Part shown: piece by piece, positions 52,819 through 62,042 of the stretch | Numbering within the stretch: position 1 is the first letter of the stretch | Layout: every line of letters starts with the position of its first letter | NCBI GenBank assembly: GCA_963791165.1 | Contig: CAWBRL010000017.1 | Location: forward strand, 6,388 to 70,387 | Length of the DNA: 64,000 bases | DNA from: an uncultured Alphaproteobacteria bacterium | Lineage (GTDB): Bacteria; Pseudomonadota; Alphaproteobacteria; Rhizobiales; Xanthobacteraceae | Reading direction: 5' to 3' | Position numbers and translations under genes: made by a program | The notes under the pieces: model-generated | Seen by the model: the letters and a program-made list of their open reading frames with translations, nothing else | Told to the model about the DNA's origin: nothing | Database searches by the model: none

Positions 52819-53221
52819 TCGCTTTCTCCATATGGACCTGTCAGGACGACCAAAAGTGATTGTGTGTGACCGATGATGTGTGCTCGGTCCGACGCCTTAC
52901 CATTAAAACGTTGTTTAGGCGCACGCGTCGTCTTTGCCTCTCTGCCAGCCAACTCGGTCTACCCTAATGAACTGACATCGCCAGACCAGCCCGGTCCGTT
53001 TCGTGCCGTTGGCAGACATCAGAGACTCAGGCGCAGCAAGAACTCGAATGGTTGTATCGAAAGGCGTAGCACCAATGATCCGGTCACTTGCGCCGATGCG
53101 CGTTCTCCGCGGAACCCGCCCGGGTGCCATGCTCTGTTTTATTGGCAATCTAATTTGGCGGCCCGAAAGCTGAGCTTCGGCGGATGAATTGCCCGATAAG
53201 CCGTCAGGAGGCGTTTTTTGC

Positions 53222-54223
53222 ATGCGCCACCCGATTGAGAAGTCACCGCGGGACGGAACCGCGATCATCCTGGAGGATGATGCGAGCGGGACCTATGACG
53301 TCGCTCACTGGTCGACCGAGGCGGGTGAATGGCTCGGGGAAAACGGCGAGCCGATCAAGATCGCGCCGACGCATTGGTATCCGATACCGCGCGATCAATA
53401 TCTTTCCCGAGAAGACGAAGGGGCGCGCGACCAACCGCGGTCCGGCCGTAGCCGGCGACTTGCCTCGATCGCCGTAACGCTCGTTGCGGCAGCGCTCATC
53501 GTCACGTATTTCCGCGCCGAGGTCGCTGGCTACGTGACGCGATATTCCGGTCAGCAAGACTTCCTCGGAGTCAATGCAATCGGCGGGTATATCACCGGGC
53601 TGTTGGCGAACCAGGGTTCGCGTAAAAGCACCGTGGCTGCCGAACGGCAGGTCGAAGCCGGTCAGGCCAGCGCGCCAGCGCAAGCGCAGCAAACTGCAAA
53701 AGTGCAGCAGATCGCGGCGGTGCCGGTAGCAAAAGCGCAACAATCCCTCGAGGACGATCGGACCGAAGGCCGGGCGCAGGCGGCTACAGAGCCCCGCCGC
53801 GCTATCGAGGGACCCGATGTGCGATTGTACGCGGAGGCGGCGAAGAGCGCGCGATCGTTGGAAGAGGACCGCGAAAAGGCGGCCGGTCTGGCGCTGGAGG
53901 CCGCCACCGCACGAAAAGAGCTGGCGGCGATTACGGAGCAAAATCGCCGGGCGCTCGAAGAAGAACGCGCGCGCGGCGCCGCACTGGCCGGCGAACTAGC
54001 CGCCGCGCAGCGAGAAAACGAAAAGCAGGCGGCGCTGTTGAAGGCCAGTGGAGAAACAGGGCAGCAAAAGCAGGCGGAAGCGGCGCAGCGCGCACGATCG
54101 CTCGAAGCGGAGCGCGAAAAAGCGGCCGGTCTGGCGCGGGAGGCCGCCGCCGCACGAAAAGAGCTGGCCGCGAGCGCGGAGCAGCATCGTCAAGCGCTCG
54201 AAGAGGAACGCGGACGCCGGTGA
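53222..54223 (+). CDS. Membrane-anchored coiled-coil protein with 81-aa-spaced repeat, probably 3'-truncated
   Basis: PIEKSPRDGT..W...PTHWYP N-domain, TM helix, repeat AEAA..ARSLE..REKAAGLA.EA..ARKELAA..EQ.R.ALEEER at 53831 and 54074. Confidence 0.65.
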   Translation: MRHPIEKSPRDGTAIILEDDASGTYDVAHWSTEAGEWLGENGEPIKIAPTHWYPIPRDQYLSREDEGARDQPRSGRSRRLASIAVTLVAAALIVTYFRAEVAGYVTRYSGQQDFLGVNAIGGYITGLLANQGSRKSTVAAERQVEAGQASAPAQAQQTAKVQQIAAVPVAKAQQSLEDDRTEGRAQAATEPRRAIEGPDVRLYAEAAKSARSLEEDREKAAGLALEAATARKELAAITEQNRRALEEERARGAALAGELAAAQRENEKQAALLKASGETGQQKQAEAAQRARSLEAEREKAAGLAREAAAARKELAASAEQHRQALEEERGRR

Positions 54224-54414
54224 AGGCACGGATCAAGACGATCAAGGAGGCCAATCCGGCAATCTCCTTCCAGGCCTGCGGCAATACCCAGGAAAACATG
54301 CACAAGGTCGAGAACAAGGACATTCCCCTCGTTCCCGAGGCGACGGTCGTGAAGTCCGGCGTCGTGCGTGTCATGGAATTGCAGGAACAGGGCTGGACCT
54401 ATGTAAAGCCCTGA
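54214..54414 (+). pseudogene. C-terminal fragment of a DsrE-family protein
   Basis: PVKARI...FQACGNT...VKSGVVRVMELQEQGWTYVKP; N-terminal half absent. Confidence 0.75.
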
Positions 54415-54446
54415 CGCGGTCAGATGTCCTCAGACCGCAGCCGACG

Positions 54447-54677
54447 TCATTGCGTATGTCTGGCGCTGACGCAAATCAGGAACAGCGGTTTGGCAAACTC
54501 ATCCGTGACCTCCAGCCGCCAATCGCGGCCGGGTTGCAGCCTTCCACCGAGGCTTTGGAGCAGATGGCCGGCGGTGATGGTCGCTTCTTTCCACGCCGCT
54601 TGCTGGTCCGGCAGTTCCTCCCCGACTTCGTCTGCGTCGGAGCGTTCGTGGTAGACGTTGAAGAAGTATCTGGGCAT
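54447..54677 (-). CDS. DUF6894-like small protein
   Basis: MPRYFFNV...D..GEELPD..AAWKEA...W.LEVTDE..KPLF. Confidence 0.75.
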   Translation of the reverse strand: MPRYFFNVYHERSDADEVGEELPDQQAAWKEATITAGHLLQSLGGRLQPGRDWRLEVTDEFAKPLFLICVSARHTQ

Positions 54678-54861
54678 CGAAACCAACGCCGTCCACCAGG
54701 ACCGGTTCCCGGCGCGCCGCCGCGGACGCGCTCCATCCTTCAAATGGTTGTATCGGAAGGCGTGACGCCAAGGAGATCGCGTACCTGCGCCGATGCGAGT
54801 TCGAGGTGGAACCGGCCCGGGCCCATGGTGCCGGCGCAGAACGTCGGGAACTCTCCGCCTG

Positions 54862-55716
54862 CTAATTAGGCGCAGAGGATTTGACCGCCGCTGTGGAATC
54901 CATGGGGATGATCTCGACCACGCCGTCCGGGCCAATACCGCTTCTGTTGCGGGCGGCGGCGATGGCAACCTGCGTCCGGTTGCATACGCCGAGCTTGCGC
55001 ATGATCTCCCGGACGTGGACTTTCACGGTCGTTTCCGTCATTCCGAGCTTGCGGCCGATCACCTTGTTGGGGTCGCCCAGGCAAAGACAGGTGAGAACAG
55101 CGTACTGCCGCTCGGTAAATTCGGGAGCAGGCCGAACGCCGCTGGGTCCATTGCCGAGCCGGAGGCCCGGCGCCTTGCTATCGAAAAGGGTGGAGGCGTG
55201 CTGTTCGTAAATGCCGTCGTCCAGCCCAAGGGGGGTCGCGTGATGTTGTTGCTCTGCGTCCGGGAGCGGGTGCTCCTGGAGCACCGAGGCATGGCTGGCC
55301 ATGATGGCGGTCGGCGGAAAATATGTGCCGCCGTGCAGGACGAAACTAAGGGCTTGCAGCGCAAGATCGGGCGGCATGGAATTGCCGAAGTAACCTTGGG
55401 CTCCGGAACGCATCGTAGCGATCACAGTGGCAGGATTCTCGTCGTCCGAGACGATGGCAAGTGCAGCCCCCCTGCGCAGGGTGTGCAACACCTGTATTTC
55501 GGCGAAGATTTCGTAGGCGGAGGGAGCGCCGACACTGTAGACCAGCATGTCGCATTCTTTACGCTCGACAAGCCTCTGGTGGGCGTCATCCGGATCGAGC
55601 GAAATCAACTCGACGTTTTCATGCGCAGCCCATGCAAATAAAAAGCTCTCTACGCGGGCCCGTCGAAAGGCCATTGCATCAACGATAAAAACCGTCTTCC
55701 GGGTCGGGACTGACAT
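54862..55716 (-). CDS. LuxR/NarL-type regulator with atypical receiver domain
   Basis: FTERQYAVLTCLCLGDPNKVIGRKLGMTETTVKVHVREIMRKLG; degenerate receiver domain. Confidence 0.88.
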   Translation of the reverse strand: MSVPTRKTVFIVDAMAFRRARVESFLFAWAAHENVELISLDPDDAHQRLVERKECDMLVYSVGAPSAYEIFAEIQVLHTLRRGAALAIVSDDENPATVIATMRSGAQGYFGNSMPPDLALQALSFVLHGGTYFPPTAIMASHASVLQEHPLPDAEQQHHATPLGLDDGIYEQHASTLFDSKAPGLRLGNGPSGVRPAPEFTERQYAVLTCLCLGDPNKVIGRKLGMTETTVKVHVREIMRKLGVCNRTQVAIAAARNRSGIGPDGVVEIIPMDSTAAVKSSAPN

Positions 55717-56056
55717 TACGCGCCCCCCTCGATTATGCCCTACAACGCTATCGATAGAGTCCTTCCTAAGCGATGACGCTGCTATGAATTAGTTCACTTA
55801 GCCTCTAAATTGTTCAAAAGAAAACTGTATCCCCATTGGAGGGCGATGCCAAGACGCTGAATTGGACAGAATGTCGTCCAAAACAGGGGAACTACAGCGC
55901 TATCGCGGCAATAATCCGACATTTCCCATTCCGTGATTGCCGATAAATAATCGCTGCAACCTTGGTAATATATCTTTCGATAGGTACTCCGGCGCCGGCC
56001 AAATCGTTACGGTTGTTTCGTCGTCGGCCAGTCCTTTGCCCCGGGGACAGAATGCA

Positions 56057-56647
56057 ATGTTTGTCAGCAAGCTGCCCCCGAAGCCTGATTTCGATGTGCT
56101 GGCCGCCGCCGCTCCCGCTTCGGCTGACCGGCGGACGCATGTTCTGGCCTTGATCGGGAACCTGATCTGCAGCTGGTCGAATAACGAGAGCCTTTTCATC
56201 TATATATTGATGATTCTGTTGCGGACCGAGGAGGCCGCCGCCGCCGTCGTGTTCGCGACATTGAACACGACTCGCGCCAGGCTCGATCTGATCCAGCGAT
56301 TGGCCAAGATCAGAATTACCGACAAGGCTCTCGCCAAAAGTTTGACGGTGCTGATCGAGCGTTTTTCGGAGTCCACCAAGGTTCGCAATGAGTTGAACCA
56401 TTGCATGTTCGTATTTGATCGCGCCGGCGCCATCACCCACACCCAGTCGATGCGATTGGTGGAGACAAGGTCGAGCCTGAGGTTCGGCGAGCTCAAGGCG
56501 CTGGACGAGGCTCGCCTGCAGGAGATGGCGCAGACGACCGGTGAAATGACCAAGATCAATCGCGACATCTGGGATCTTCTGCCGCGCCTCGAAGCGCATG
56601 TTTGCGGCGGCGCGCCGCCACAACACCGTCCCGCCGGCGCGGCCTAG
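56057..56647 (+). CDS. Hypothetical helical protein
   Basis: 196-aa ORF, LIGNLICSWSNNESLF...RNELNH. Confidence 0.7.
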   Translation: MFVSKLPPKPDFDVLAAAAPASADRRTHVLALIGNLICSWSNNESLFIYILMILLRTEEAAAAVVFATLNTTRARLDLIQRLAKIRITDKALAKSLTVLIERFSESTKVRNELNHCMFVFDRAGAITHTQSMRLVETRSSLRFGELKALDEARLQEMAQTTGEMTKINRDIWDLLPRLEAHVCGGAPPQHRPAGAA

Positions 56648-56959
56648 GGCTGGCACGGCCCACGGACGATACCGTCGTCCTTTCATCGATTATCCCAATC
56701 CTCTTACTCGGAGAATCGAACACCCGGGCACAAACCGCATCGATCGTTAGACATCGCAAGATATAGCGTTGGATCGAATGCGTGCATGTTGTTGGCGAAG
56801 ATGTGGCTGCATCCTGAGGGTGCCGGCATCCGCAATAACGCGAGTGCCGGCAGTCGGAACAACCGACGTTGAAGAGCACCGCCGCGTTTCGAAGACCGCA
56901 GACTTAGAAGATCAGCGTTCTCCGTTTCGCCCACGATGCTCCAGCCACAGGAGCCCGTC

Positions 56960-57781
56960 ATGGGTAAGTACAGCAAGAGGTATGACCCCCAGGATCAGGA
57001 ACAGGAGCAAGATCAGCTACAGGCGCAGGCCAATCTCCAGGCTCAATTGCAGGGTCAAGGTCAGGGCCAAGGTCAGGGGCAGGGGCAGTACCAGACCGCG
57101 GTACAGTCGCTGGAATCCAGCAGTGACAACGACAACTGGAACGCCAACGGTAACGCCAATGGCAACCTGAACGGCAACGGCAACCTCAACTTCAATGCGA
57201 ACGAGAACGAGAACAAGGTCGATAACAAGCTCGACAACGACGTCGATAACAATGTCGACAACAAGGTCGACAACAACATCGAAAACAAGATCGAAAATAC
57301 CGTCGAGAACAACGTGGATGTCGATGTGAATGTGAAGGTCGATCTCGACCTTAGCGCCGACGGCCTGAGCAGCCCGGTCATCGCTCTCTACGACTTCGAC
57401 GCGAAGGGTGCCATCGTGATGCCCGACGTGGTGAACCAGACGATGAACGATGGCAACCAGTTCAATATCGATCAGGTCAACAACCTGGTCGATAACGACA
57501 CCAACTACTCGCTTGCCAGCTACTACTCGGGCGGCGGCGGCGGCGGATTGTGGCATGATCCGGGCGCAGGCTTCAGCATGGACGCCAAGATCGAGGGCGG
57601 CGAGTCCAAGATCGACGCCGATGCTATTGGCGACCGCACAAACGTTCATTCCAGCGCAGATGCAGCGATCAACCAGTCTGCGTTCGACCAGAACATCACC
57701 CAGGGTGCGAACATCCAGTTCAACAGCATCACCATCCAGGCTGCAGGTGACAATCTGGACGATCATGGAGATACATTCTAG
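56960..57781 (+). CDS. Gln/Asn/Asp-rich low-complexity protein, candidate type I secretion substrate
   Basis: AGGAG RBS, genome-typical codon usage, QxQx, NxNx and (V/I/L)(D/E)N repeats, no signal peptide. Confidence 0.8.
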   Translation: MGKYSKRYDPQDQEQEQDQLQAQANLQAQLQGQGQGQGQGQGQYQTAVQSLESSSDNDNWNANGNANGNLNGNGNLNFNANENENKVDNKLDNDVDNNVDNKVDNNIENKIENTVENNVDVDVNVKVDLDLSADGLSSPVIALYDFDAKGAIVMPDVVNQTMNDGNQFNIDQVNNLVDNDTNYSLASYYSGGGGGGLWHDPGAGFSMDAKIEGGESKIDADAIGDRTNVHSSADAAINQSAFDQNITQGANIQFNSITIQAAGDNLDDHGDTF

Positions 57782-57790
57782 TTTTGCGTT

Positions 57791-57826
57791 CGATCCGCGC
57801 GGCCCAGCCGCGCGGATCGCTTTTTT
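57791..57826 (+). terminator. Strong intrinsic terminator after the Q/N-rich gene
   Basis: CGATCCGCGCGGC-CCA-GCCGCGCGGATCG followed by CTTTTTT. Confidence 0.85.
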
Positions 57827-57914
57827 GCAAATCATTTCATTTCCGTCGCTGCAGTTGCCGACAAGAAGCTGCGGGCCGTGAGGCCTGACGGCTCACGGCG
57901 ACCGGGAGGTTCCC

Positions 57915-59846
57915 ATGGCGTCAGCGAGCTTCGTCGAAATCATTTCGCACTTCGCAGGATATCTGCAGATCTTCCACGACATCGCCCGCGACCGGCTCCA
58001 GTACGATGAGACGCGCGCCCCCGGTCGTTCGGACGACTTCACGACGCCGCGACCGAATTACGATCATCCGTTCGCACCTGACGACCTGGACACCAGGGGC
58101 GGGTCCGTGCCGGCGCTGATAGCGGACGATCCGATGGATGTGTTCCGCGGCCGGCCGCTCAAGCTGCTTCGCGATTCGCAGCACCCCGATGATGATTTCT
58201 CCCCGCCTTCGCTCAATCCGAAAATCCCGTTGCCGACACATGGCGGCGGTGGCGGCGGCAGCCCCGATCATCACATCAGGGTGACATACCATGAAGGCGG
58301 CGAGGAGACGCAGCTTTCAGTCCGCCAGCACAACTTCATGGTCGACAACGACACCAATCTGTCGCCGGACGCCCTGGCTGTCGTGGAGCCCTTGATCACG
58401 GCCCTCAACAATGATGCGATGACGACCATCGAGCATCTGGTGGCCGATGCCAACGCCGAGATTCCCACCAACTGGTGGATGACGCAGAACGACGGCGGCG
58501 CGGTGGAGTTTTTGAAGGCCCACGACGCGGCGTGGGCCGAGCGCGAGGGTGCGCCGGACGAGCACTCGGTGGCCCCCGGTTATTACGTTAACGGCGAGCT
58601 GGAGGAGCGGCCGGTCGAGTCGACACCGCCGGCCAAGTTCGACGATTTGCCGGACACCGGTCACGGAATCGGCCAGTGGGCGTCGCTGGGCGGCAATGAA
58701 AGCATCAACGCAGCCCTGATCGCCGATATTGGCGAGGGGGTCCGCACCATGGTCGTCATGGGGGACTACTACAAGACCGACGCTATTTTCCAGACCAATA
58801 CGATCGTCGACAAGGACGAGGTCCACGTCTCGGGCGGGGAGGGCAAGCCGTCGCTAACCAGCGAAGGAAATGTCGCGACCAACATCGCCTATTTCCTCCA
58901 CAACCCCAGCATCTACGACGGACATCCGGCCCAAGCCGCCGGGTCGAACTGGATCGTCGATAAGGTGGACGGCGACTACTACAGCGTCCACGCGGTGCTC
59001 CAGACCAACTATCTCTCCGACAACGATGTTGCAACGCAGGTCAGCGGCAGTAGCCACTACAACCTGGTCGGCGGCCACAATCAGCTCGGCAATCTGGCCC
59101 TGATCGTCGATGGCGATATTCAGTACGACCTGATCGTCATCCACGGCGCCTATCACGGCATGAACGTGATCTTTCAGAACAACATCCTGCTCAACAACGA
59201 CAATATCGTGATGTCGGCCGACGGCTCCGATCCGTCTCAATCGGTCAACTCCGGCCACAACGGCGCGTCGAACGAGGGGGCTATCGAAAATTACGGCGGC
59301 AACGATTTCCGTGACCTTGTTCCCGGCATGAAAGCGATCGACGACCTGCTGGGCGCCGGCGCGACATCGATCGATCCAGAACTGGGCAGCGTCATCGCCG
59401 GCCATGGCGGCCCTCTGCGCGTGCTCTACGTCACTGGAGATTATTACGACATCAACGCGGTCTGGCAGACCAACATCACCAGCGACGTCAACGTGATGTA
59501 TCAGCTGCAGAACGAGCCGTCGGCCGATCTGCTGGCGCTTCATCCCGACGAGGACGTGACGCAGTCGGCCGACACCGGAAACAACCAGCTGACGAACGAC
59601 GCGGCAATTGTCGACGTCAATCCCGATGCTACCTACGTCAACGGGCACGTCTATACCGATTGCATCCTGGTGCAGGCCGAATTGGTGCCGGCCAATCATC
59701 AGGACGCCGCCGTCAACGCCGATACCGACGCGCTGGTGACTGAACTCATTGCCTTTGTCGACGACAACCAGGACCACAGCAATAGCGGCTCTTCGCACGT
59801 GTCGCTAACCGTGCAGGGAGACCCGATCGGGAGTGTGCTCCACTAG
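57915..59846 (+). CDS. Acidic Asn-rich repeat protein, candidate type I secretion substrate
   Basis: GGAGG RBS, 643 aa, internal GDYY..QxN..DxD and GxNxxxNxAxI repeats, no signal peptide. Confidence 0.8.
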   Translation: MASASFVEIISHFAGYLQIFHDIARDRLQYDETRAPGRSDDFTTPRPNYDHPFAPDDLDTRGGSVPALIADDPMDVFRGRPLKLLRDSQHPDDDFSPPSLNPKIPLPTHGGGGGGSPDHHIRVTYHEGGEETQLSVRQHNFMVDNDTNLSPDALAVVEPLITALNNDAMTTIEHLVADANAEIPTNWWMTQNDGGAVEFLKAHDAAWAEREGAPDEHSVAPGYYVNGELEERPVESTPPAKFDDLPDTGHGIGQWASLGGNESINAALIADIGEGVRTMVVMGDYYKTDAIFQTNTIVDKDEVHVSGGEGKPSLTSEGNVATNIAYFLHNPSIYDGHPAQAAGSNWIVDKVDGDYYSVHAVLQTNYLSDNDVATQVSGSSHYNLVGGHNQLGNLALIVDGDIQYDLIVIHGAYHGMNVIFQNNILLNNDNIVMSADGSDPSQSVNSGHNGASNEGAIENYGGNDFRDLVPGMKAIDDLLGAGATSIDPELGSVIAGHGGPLRVLYVTGDYYDINAVWQTNITSDVNVMYQLQNEPSADLLALHPDEDVTQSADTGNNQLTNDAAIVDVNPDATYVNGHVYTDCILVQAELVPANHQDAAVNADTDALVTELIAFVDDNQDHSNSGSSHVSLTVQGDPIGSVLH

Positions 59847-59891
59847 AGGCAGGGCAGGGTTGTCAGTTATTTCAGGTAGCGGAGTTTCCAG

Positions 59892-62006
59892 ATGTCGTTG
59901 GGCGGGAAAGATCGGTCAGGCAGCGTCGCGAGTTCGCACTCGGATCAGCCCGGCGACGGGGCGTCGAATACGGCCAAGATCATTCCGCTTCGTCCATGGT
60001 TTGATGCGTCGTCCCCGCACGCAGAGGATCCGCCCTTCAGGTTCACGGATGAGAAAGCTGCTCCAGCCGTAGCCAGAGTAGCCGAGCCGCCTTCCGTCGA
60101 GCCATCGATGCGAGAAGAGGCAAAGACCCCGCCGCCGGGATCCACCGTGGTAATCGAGCAGGCAACTCCGGCGCCTCCGCTCGAACGTCGAGGCGACAAG
60201 GACGGCGGAGGTTCCGCCGGCGGTGGAGGAGGAGGGGGAGGTGGAGGCGGCGGCAAGCCGCCGCTACACAAGCGTTCCAGCGATAATGAATTCCGCGACG
60301 TGCTCGGCAAGGGTCTTGCGGGCGCCCGCAGCAACATGGTGACCGTCGGAATCTTCTCGATTGTGGTCAATTTGCTGGTGCTGGCCATACCGATCTATTT
60401 GTTCAACATGTCCGATCGCGTGCTGACCAGCCGCAGCACCGATACGCTGGTAATGCTGACCATTATCGTGATCATCGCGATCGCAGCGCATGTGCTGATG
60501 GACATGATGCGCCGCTTCATCCTGATGCGGGTTGCGGTCGAGACCGAAGCCAAGTTGGGCGGACCCGTGCTGAGCGCCGCCGCCAAATCCGCGCAGAGTG
60601 GATCCAGCCGCGAATTCCAGACGCTGGCCGACCTGCAGCACCTCCGCGCGTTCCTCACCGGGCCGGTATTGCTGACGATGTTCGATGCGCCGGTCGCGCC
60701 GGCCTATTTTGCCGTCGTGTTCCTGATCCATCCTCATCTCGGGTTCATCGTGCTGGGGGCGGGCATAGCCCTGGTCGTCGTGGCGCTGTTGAACCAGCGG
60801 GTCACCGCGATCCCGTTCAACCAGGCAAATAGCTACGGCGCCAGGGCGAACCTGACGGCGGAATCGATGGCCCGCAACGCGCAGGTCATCAATGCGATGG
60901 GCATGATTCCGGAAGGCGTGCAGGTGTGGGGCCGCGAGACCGTGGAGTCCCTGAAGGCGCAGGTGATCGCGCAGGACCGCAACATCCTGATGACGGGGCT
61001 TTCGAAGTTCCTGCGGCTGTGCACCCAGATCGGCATCCTCGGCTGGGGCGCATGGCTGGCGCTGGAAGGTAATGTCACCAGCGGCATGGTCATTGCCGCC
61101 TCGATCGTGGCGAGCCGCGCGCTGGCGCCGCTGGAAGGCACCATCGAAGGCTGGCGCAGCTTCGTCCAGGCGCGTTCCGCCTACGCCCGGATCAAGTCCC
61201 TGTTGCTGAACTCGCCGCTCAACATGGAGCGGCTCCGGCTGCCGCGTCCCGCGGGATACCTCAACGTCGAGCGCATTCTCTATGTGCCGCCGCCGAACAA
61301 GAAGGTGATCCTCAACGGCATCAGCTTTCAATTGAAGCCCGGAGAATCGCTCGCCATCGTCGGAGATTCCGGCACCGGGAAGACCATGCTGGCGCGCATG
61401 CTGGTCGGATCCATCGTCCCGACCGCAGGCAGCGTCAGGCTCGACATGATGGACCTGCGCAACTGGGATCCGCGCCAGTTCGGCGAGAGCGTCGGCTACC
61501 TGCCGCAGGATGTGCAATTGTTCCCCGCAACCATCAAGGCCAACATCGGCCGGATGCGCGACGATGCCCGCGATGAGGATGTGTTCGACGCGGCCGAGGC
61601 CGCCGACGTGCATGAGCTGATCTCGGGCTTCGCCCAGGGCTACGAGACCGTCGTCGGCATGGATGGGAGTCCGCTGTCGGGCGGCCAGCGCCAGCGCATC
61701 GGATTGGCGCGCGCGTTCTACGGCAATCCGCGCCTGCTCGTGCTCGACGAGCCGAATTCGAACCTCGATTCCAATGGCGAGCGGGCACTCGCCAAGGCGC
61801 TGCTGCGCGCCAAGGAAAAGCAGATCACCGTGGTGACGATCACCCAGCGCGCGGCGCTGCTCATGAGCGTCGACAAGATCATGATCATGCATCAGGGCGC
61901 GGTGCAGGCGTTCGGAAGCCGCGACGAGATCATTCCGATGCTTTCCGGCCGCAAGCCGAACAACAATATCCCGAACGGGCCGGGCGATCCTCCTTCATTG
62001 AATTGA
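59892..62006 (+). CDS. Type I secretion ABC permease/ATPase (PrtD family)
   Basis: DRVLTSRS, GDSGTGKT, GYLPQDVQLF, LSGGQRQRIGLARA, LDEPNSNLD. Confidence 0.94.
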   Translation: MSLGGKDRSGSVASSHSDQPGDGASNTAKIIPLRPWFDASSPHAEDPPFRFTDEKAAPAVARVAEPPSVEPSMREEAKTPPPGSTVVIEQATPAPPLERRGDKDGGGSAGGGGGGGGGGGGKPPLHKRSSDNEFRDVLGKGLAGARSNMVTVGIFSIVVNLLVLAIPIYLFNMSDRVLTSRSTDTLVMLTIIVIIAIAAHVLMDMMRRFILMRVAVETEAKLGGPVLSAAAKSAQSGSSREFQTLADLQHLRAFLTGPVLLTMFDAPVAPAYFAVVFLIHPHLGFIVLGAGIALVVVALLNQRVTAIPFNQANSYGARANLTAESMARNAQVINAMGMIPEGVQVWGRETVESLKAQVIAQDRNILMTGLSKFLRLCTQIGILGWGAWLALEGNVTSGMVIAASIVASRALAPLEGTIEGWRSFVQARSAYARIKSLLLNSPLNMERLRLPRPAGYLNVERILYVPPPNKKVILNGISFQLKPGESLAIVGDSGTGKTMLARMLVGSIVPTAGSVRLDMMDLRNWDPRQFGESVGYLPQDVQLFPATIKANIGRMRDDARDEDVFDAAEAADVHELISGFAQGYETVVGMDGSPLSGGQRQRIGLARAFYGNPRLLVLDEPNSNLDSNGERALAKALLRAKEKQITVVTITQRAALLMSVDKIMIMHQGAVQAFGSRDEIIPMLSGRKPNNNIPNGPGDPPSLN

Positions 62007-62042
62007 CCAGGACGCCGGCCGGGACAGCAACGAGGTTACGCG

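Noticed and set aside
57200-57320. 12-nt-period repeats (GTCGACAACAA-like)
   Set aside because: Coding repeats with synonymous variation inside the Q/N-rich protein; not a DNA-level element
56960-59846. RTX toxin or adhesin as T1SS cargo
   Set aside because: No GGxGxDxLx nonapeptides seen in either protein
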